A stretch of DNA of 64,000 nucleotides from Propionibacteriaceae bacterium (lineage in GTDB: Bacteria > Actinomycetota > Actinomycetes > Propionibacteriales > Propionibacteriaceae), in assembly GCA_031267295.1 (NCBI GenBank), contig JAIRZI010000039.1, positions 3,683 through 67,682 of the forward strand, in the 5' to 3' direction. A program made the position numbers and the translations under genes. A model generated the notes under the pieces. It was not told the origin of the DNA. It ran no database searches and saw only the letters and a program-made list of their open reading frames with translations. Below are positions 60,837-64,000 of this stretch, one piece after another (the first letter of the stretch is position 1; every line of letters begins with the position of its first letter).

Positions 60837-62087
60837 TTAACCCGTCCCACACTCGGTAGGGTTCGCAGCACACCAAGCGTTAAATTCAGCTACATTGCTC
60901 AGATGCTCCTCCCAGTTGCGAGCGAACTTTACTTCGCCAATACTGGGGTTGGTCGCCACAAAATATAGGTACTCATGCACGCTCGGATGTACGGCGGCGA
61001 GTAACGAAATCCGCCCGGGGTTGGATATGGCGGTCGGCGGCAAGCCAGTATAGAGGTACGTGTTATACGGTGAATCGAACGAAGTCATCTCATCAGTGAC
61101 ATCAAGTGTGCCGGAGTTGTCCAAGGCATATAGCACCGTGGCATCTGATTGCAACGCCATACCAATGCGTAACCGGTTATAGAACACCCCGGCAATATCG
61201 GCGGCGTACTGTAACGAGCCGCCTTCTTTCTCAACCAGCCCGGCCATTATCACCGCATCCGCCGGAGTGATACCCAATGCTTGAGCGGCCGCCACAAAAT
61301 CAATCTCAGCAGTAACACGCTTGAACTCCGCAACCATCGGTTGTAACGCTTCAAGCGCACTCGGAGTAGCATCATAAGCGTACGTGTTAGGTGATAGATA
61401 CCCCTCAACCACTCCGTTCGCCCACTCCGGTAACTCAAGATCGATCGGATTATCCGCCACCGCTACAAGTTCGCTAACCAAAACGCCGGTCAATGCGTGA
61501 ATACGTTCAAAAACCTGTGTATTACGAAACCCCTCAGGGATAGTGAAATACGCCTGAATCACGTTACTTGGATCACCTAGAATCCGTAAAGCATCCTCCG
61601 CTCGCATTTTGATGCGCAGCCGATAGTCGGCGGCTTGGATGTCTGCAAAGTAACTGGGGTGCGATACCGCTTCTTTCTTAAACGCCTCAGTAGACGCAGT
61701 GATGTCTTTGTCGAACAATAGCTGTGCGATGTGTCCCAAATCGGCACCTGCCGGGATGGTGACAATAATCTCAGCTCCCCCTGGGCCGGGGTAATCCTCC
61801 GGGGATTTTGTAGTCGCTAGCAACTTAAGCCCACCGAAATAAAGCAACACGAACCCGCCAACGATAATGGCTAGCAATGTGATGCCAATGATGATATTTG
61901 GAATACGGTGGTGTGCTTTAAGATCAGCTTCCACATCGAATGCTGCGGCATCGCCCATTTCAGAGACATTATAGTAATCGGAATCCGACATCACCGGTTC
62001 GACGATCAGCTCTCTTAACTCCACCGTCGGTGATTGGAAAGCGTCGTCAACAAACGGGGAATTAGTAGCAAGACGTTTGTTACCCAC
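60837..62087 (-). CDS. mltG: endolytic murein transglycosylase MltG (YceG-like)
   Basis: Single N-terminal TM (IIIGITLLAIIVGGFVLL). YceG domain pattern is present (TIPEGF, ASLVEKE-like GLVEKEG, YNTYLYTGLPP). Confidence 0.85.
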   Translation of the reverse strand: MGNKRLATNSPFVDDAFQSPTVELRELIVEPVMSDSDYYNVSEMGDAAAFDVEADLKAHHRIPNIIIGITLLAIIVGGFVLLYFGGLKLLATTKSPEDYPGPGGAEIIVTIPAGADLGHIAQLLFDKDITASTEAFKKEAVSHPSYFADIQAADYRLRIKMRAEDALRILGDPSNVIQAYFTIPEGFRNTQVFERIHALTGVLVSELVAVADNPIDLELPEWANGVVEGYLSPNTYAYDATPSALEALQPMVAEFKRVTAEIDFVAAAQALGITPADAVIMAGLVEKEGGSLQYAADIAGVFYNRLRIGMALQSDATVLYALDNSGTLDVTDEMTSFDSPYNTYLYTGLPPTAISNPGRISLLAAVHPSVHEYLYFVATNPSIGEVKFARNWEEHLSNVAEFNAWCAANPTECGTG

Positions 62088-62126
62088 TCTTAAACTCCTT
62101 AACTTTAGAATGCTTAGCCATTTTTA

Positions 62127-62576
62127 CTACCGAGGTACTACGACTTCGTAGTTCGGATCACTCACACAATCAAGCACATATCGTAGTAAGGCTACCGCAG
62201 CTACCTGATCAATCACGTCGCGGGTATGACGGGTGGAACGGCCTGCTGCGCGTAGTTCTTTAGTCGCTTGTGCAGTGGTAAGTCGTTCATCCACCAGTCG
62301 CACCGGTAGCTGCAACGCATCAGCGACCTCCTGCGCGTGCTCCCGCACTGCGGTAGCTGCTTGAGCTTCGCGTCCAGCAAGATTAAACGGCATCCCCATG
62401 ACGATCTCCGCCGGAGCATACTGCGTTACCAACTGCGCTATACGCGACAACGCTCCAGTGGTGTTCGGCACGCTCTCCACCGGGTAGGCCAATACTCCAG
62501 CGGAATCACAGGCTGCCACTCCGATGCGTGCCGTACCCCAATCAAGAGCTAGCCGTACACCAAATTCAGCACCCAT
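62127..62576 (-). CDS. ruvX: Holliday junction resolvase-like protein RuvX (YqgF)
   Basis: LALDWGTARIGVAACD and DERLTT motifs. Start is ATG 62576 or 62600, and both overlap the alaS stop. Confidence 0.85.
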   Translation of the reverse strand: MGAEFGVRLALDWGTARIGVAACDSAGVLAYPVESVPNTTGALSRIAQLVTQYAPAEIVMGMPFNLAGREAQAATAVREHAQEVADALQLPVRLVDERLTTAQATKELRAAGRSTRHTRDVIDQVAAVALLRYVLDCVSDPNYEVVVPR

Positions 62577-64000
62577 GGGAAAGTTCCGCTTTAATGGCAT
62601 CCAATGCCGTTAGCGCGGCCGCCCCGTCAACACCGCCTCCTTGAGCCAGATCGTCATGTCCGCCGCCTTTGCCACCTAAACGTATCGCCCCAATTCGCAC
62701 TAGATCACCAGCCTTCACTCCGTTGACCCGAGCTTGCGCGGTGGTGGCTACCACCAGTGACGGTTTGTCGCTTGTGCCGCCAACCAACGCCACCACACCA
62801 GCAGTATCACCTAACCGCTCGCGCAAGGTAAGCGTCAGATTGCGCAAGTTTTCACCTGTGACATCAAGCAATACTTGCGACACCAGCTTTATACCGTTCA
62901 CACTCTGAGCGGCATCGAGCATGTCATTCACGCGCTCTAAGAGTTGCTGAGTTCGCAGTTCAGTGATCTGTTTCTCAGCCTGCTTCACTTCGCCAACCAG
63001 CTTCTCCACTCGTTCGCGCAGTTGATCGGGTTGCACTCGAAGCAGTTGTGTCACTTGAGTGACTAGCACTCGCTCTGCGGCCAGAAACTTAAAAGCATCG
63101 CTAGAAACTAAACATTCAACTCGTCTGGTACCAGCGCCGATAGATGATTCGGAGAGTAACGTCACTAACCCTATTTGAGAACTGGACAACACATGAGTGC
63201 CGCCGCAAAGCTCACGGCTCCAAGCACCCGCCATCTCCACCATGCGCACGATTGGAGGATACTTCTCACCAAACATCGCTTGCGCACCCAACTCCTTGGC
63301 ATCTGCTAGCTTCATAAAGTGTTCCGACACCGCGTAATCATCATGGATCGCCTGATTGACGCGCGCTTCAATCTCCTGTTTGAGTGCGTCAGAAAATCCA
63401 GTAGTGGCGGCAAAATCAAAACGCAGATAGCCGGGTTTGTTATAAGAACCGGCCTGAGTTGCCGTTTTGCCGATGTACTCCCGGAGCGCAGCCGAGACCA
63501 GATGAGTGGCGGAGTGGGCTTGGCAAGCACCACGCCGATTGTCAGCATCCACTACTGCATCGACTTCATCACCGACGCTGGCATCACCAACTAAGCGCAC
63601 TCTATGCACCACCAGCCCCGGCACCGGGCGTTGCACATCCAAAACTTCGGCAGCGGCACCCGCGATACGGATAACGCCCCCATCACTGTCTTGACCCCCA
63701 GCCTCGGCGTAGAAAGGGGTTTCGTCCAATACAATCTCAACCTCGGTACCAGGTGCGGCGGCAGGCACCAACAAACCATCTGCGATGATGCCGCGTATTT
63801 TTGTGACGGTGCTGAGTTCGGTGTAACCCCGGAATGGGGTTTCACCTAAGTCCCGCAGTTCCCGATACGCTTCGACTTTCACCGCGGTGCCCTTTTTTGC
63901 TTTGGCATCAGCTTTTGCGCGCGCGCGTTGCTCGCCCATCAGTTCGTCAAACCGCTCCCGATCTACCGTCAGCCCAGCCTCTGCCGCCATCTCCAACGTG
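62566..64000 (-). CDS. alaS: alanine--tRNA ligase, C-terminal part (5' end outside window)
   Basis: The frame is open to the window edge. Editing-domain motifs are present (HSATHLV, CGGTHV) with a C-terminal DHHA1-like domain (GGKGGG). Confidence 0.92.
   Translation of the reverse strand, partial: TLEMAAEAGLTVDRERFDELMGEQRARAKADAKAKKGTAVKVEAYRELRDLGETPFRGYTELSTVTKIRGIIADGLLVPAAAPGTEVEIVLDETPFYAEAGGQDSDGGVIRIAGAAAEVLDVQRPVPGLVVHRVRLVGDASVGDEVDAVVDADNRRGACQAHSATHLVSAALREYIGKTATQAGSYNKPGYLRFDFAATTGFSDALKQEIEARVNQAIHDDYAVSEHFMKLADAKELGAQAMFGEKYPPIVRMVEMAGAWSRELCGGTHVLSSSQIGLVTLLSESSIGAGTRRVECLVSSDAFKFLAAERVLVTQVTQLLRVQPDQLRERVEKLVGEVKQAEKQITELRTQQLLERVNDMLDAAQSVNGIKLVSQVLLDVTGENLRNLTLTLRERLGDTAGVVALVGGTSDKPSLVVATTAQARVNGVKAGDLVRIGAIRLGGKGGGHDDLAQGGGVDGAAALTALDAIKAELSHGC

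Overview
This window is a moderately GC-rich actinobacterial chromosomal segment. The lineage call rests on rbpA, mihF, lnt-ppm1, two PAC2 genes, and the conserved minus-strand backbone alaS-ruvX-mltG-aroE-aroC-aroK-aroB-efp-nusB-carAB-pyrDF-mihF-gmk-rpoZ-metK-priA-fmt-rsmB-rpe. It is almost entirely core housekeeping. I found no CRISPR array, transposase, integrase, prophage or rRNA, and only one tRNA, tRNA-Pro(GGG). Non-coding and accessory content: (1) An FMN (RFN) riboswitch on the minus strand, with a terminator and an SD-sequestering helix, drives an ATPase-less RibXY-type ABC importer. That importer is close-coupled (6-nt gap) to a fused metX-metW gene. (2) A canonical cobalamin riboswitch plus intrinsic terminator drives btuFCD-cobT and ends in a 34-codon cobU remnant. 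cobS-cobC lie divergently, and B12-dependent metH is nearby. (3) A single ORF fuses an XRE helix-turn-helix domain to a MurA that appears catalytically intact. (4) A 49-bp near-perfect tandem duplication copies a TATAAT box and a leaderless ATG of a small DUF2087 gene. Other points are a dedicated ECF transporter of unknown substrate, an E. coli-like glnS, and a PriA with no recognisable Walker A or DEEH motif. I did not recognise a defence system, toxin-antitoxin pair or biosynthetic cluster. The most unusual items are the regulatory and fusion architectures above. All calls rest on reading the ORF translations and the sequence by eye, with no database search.
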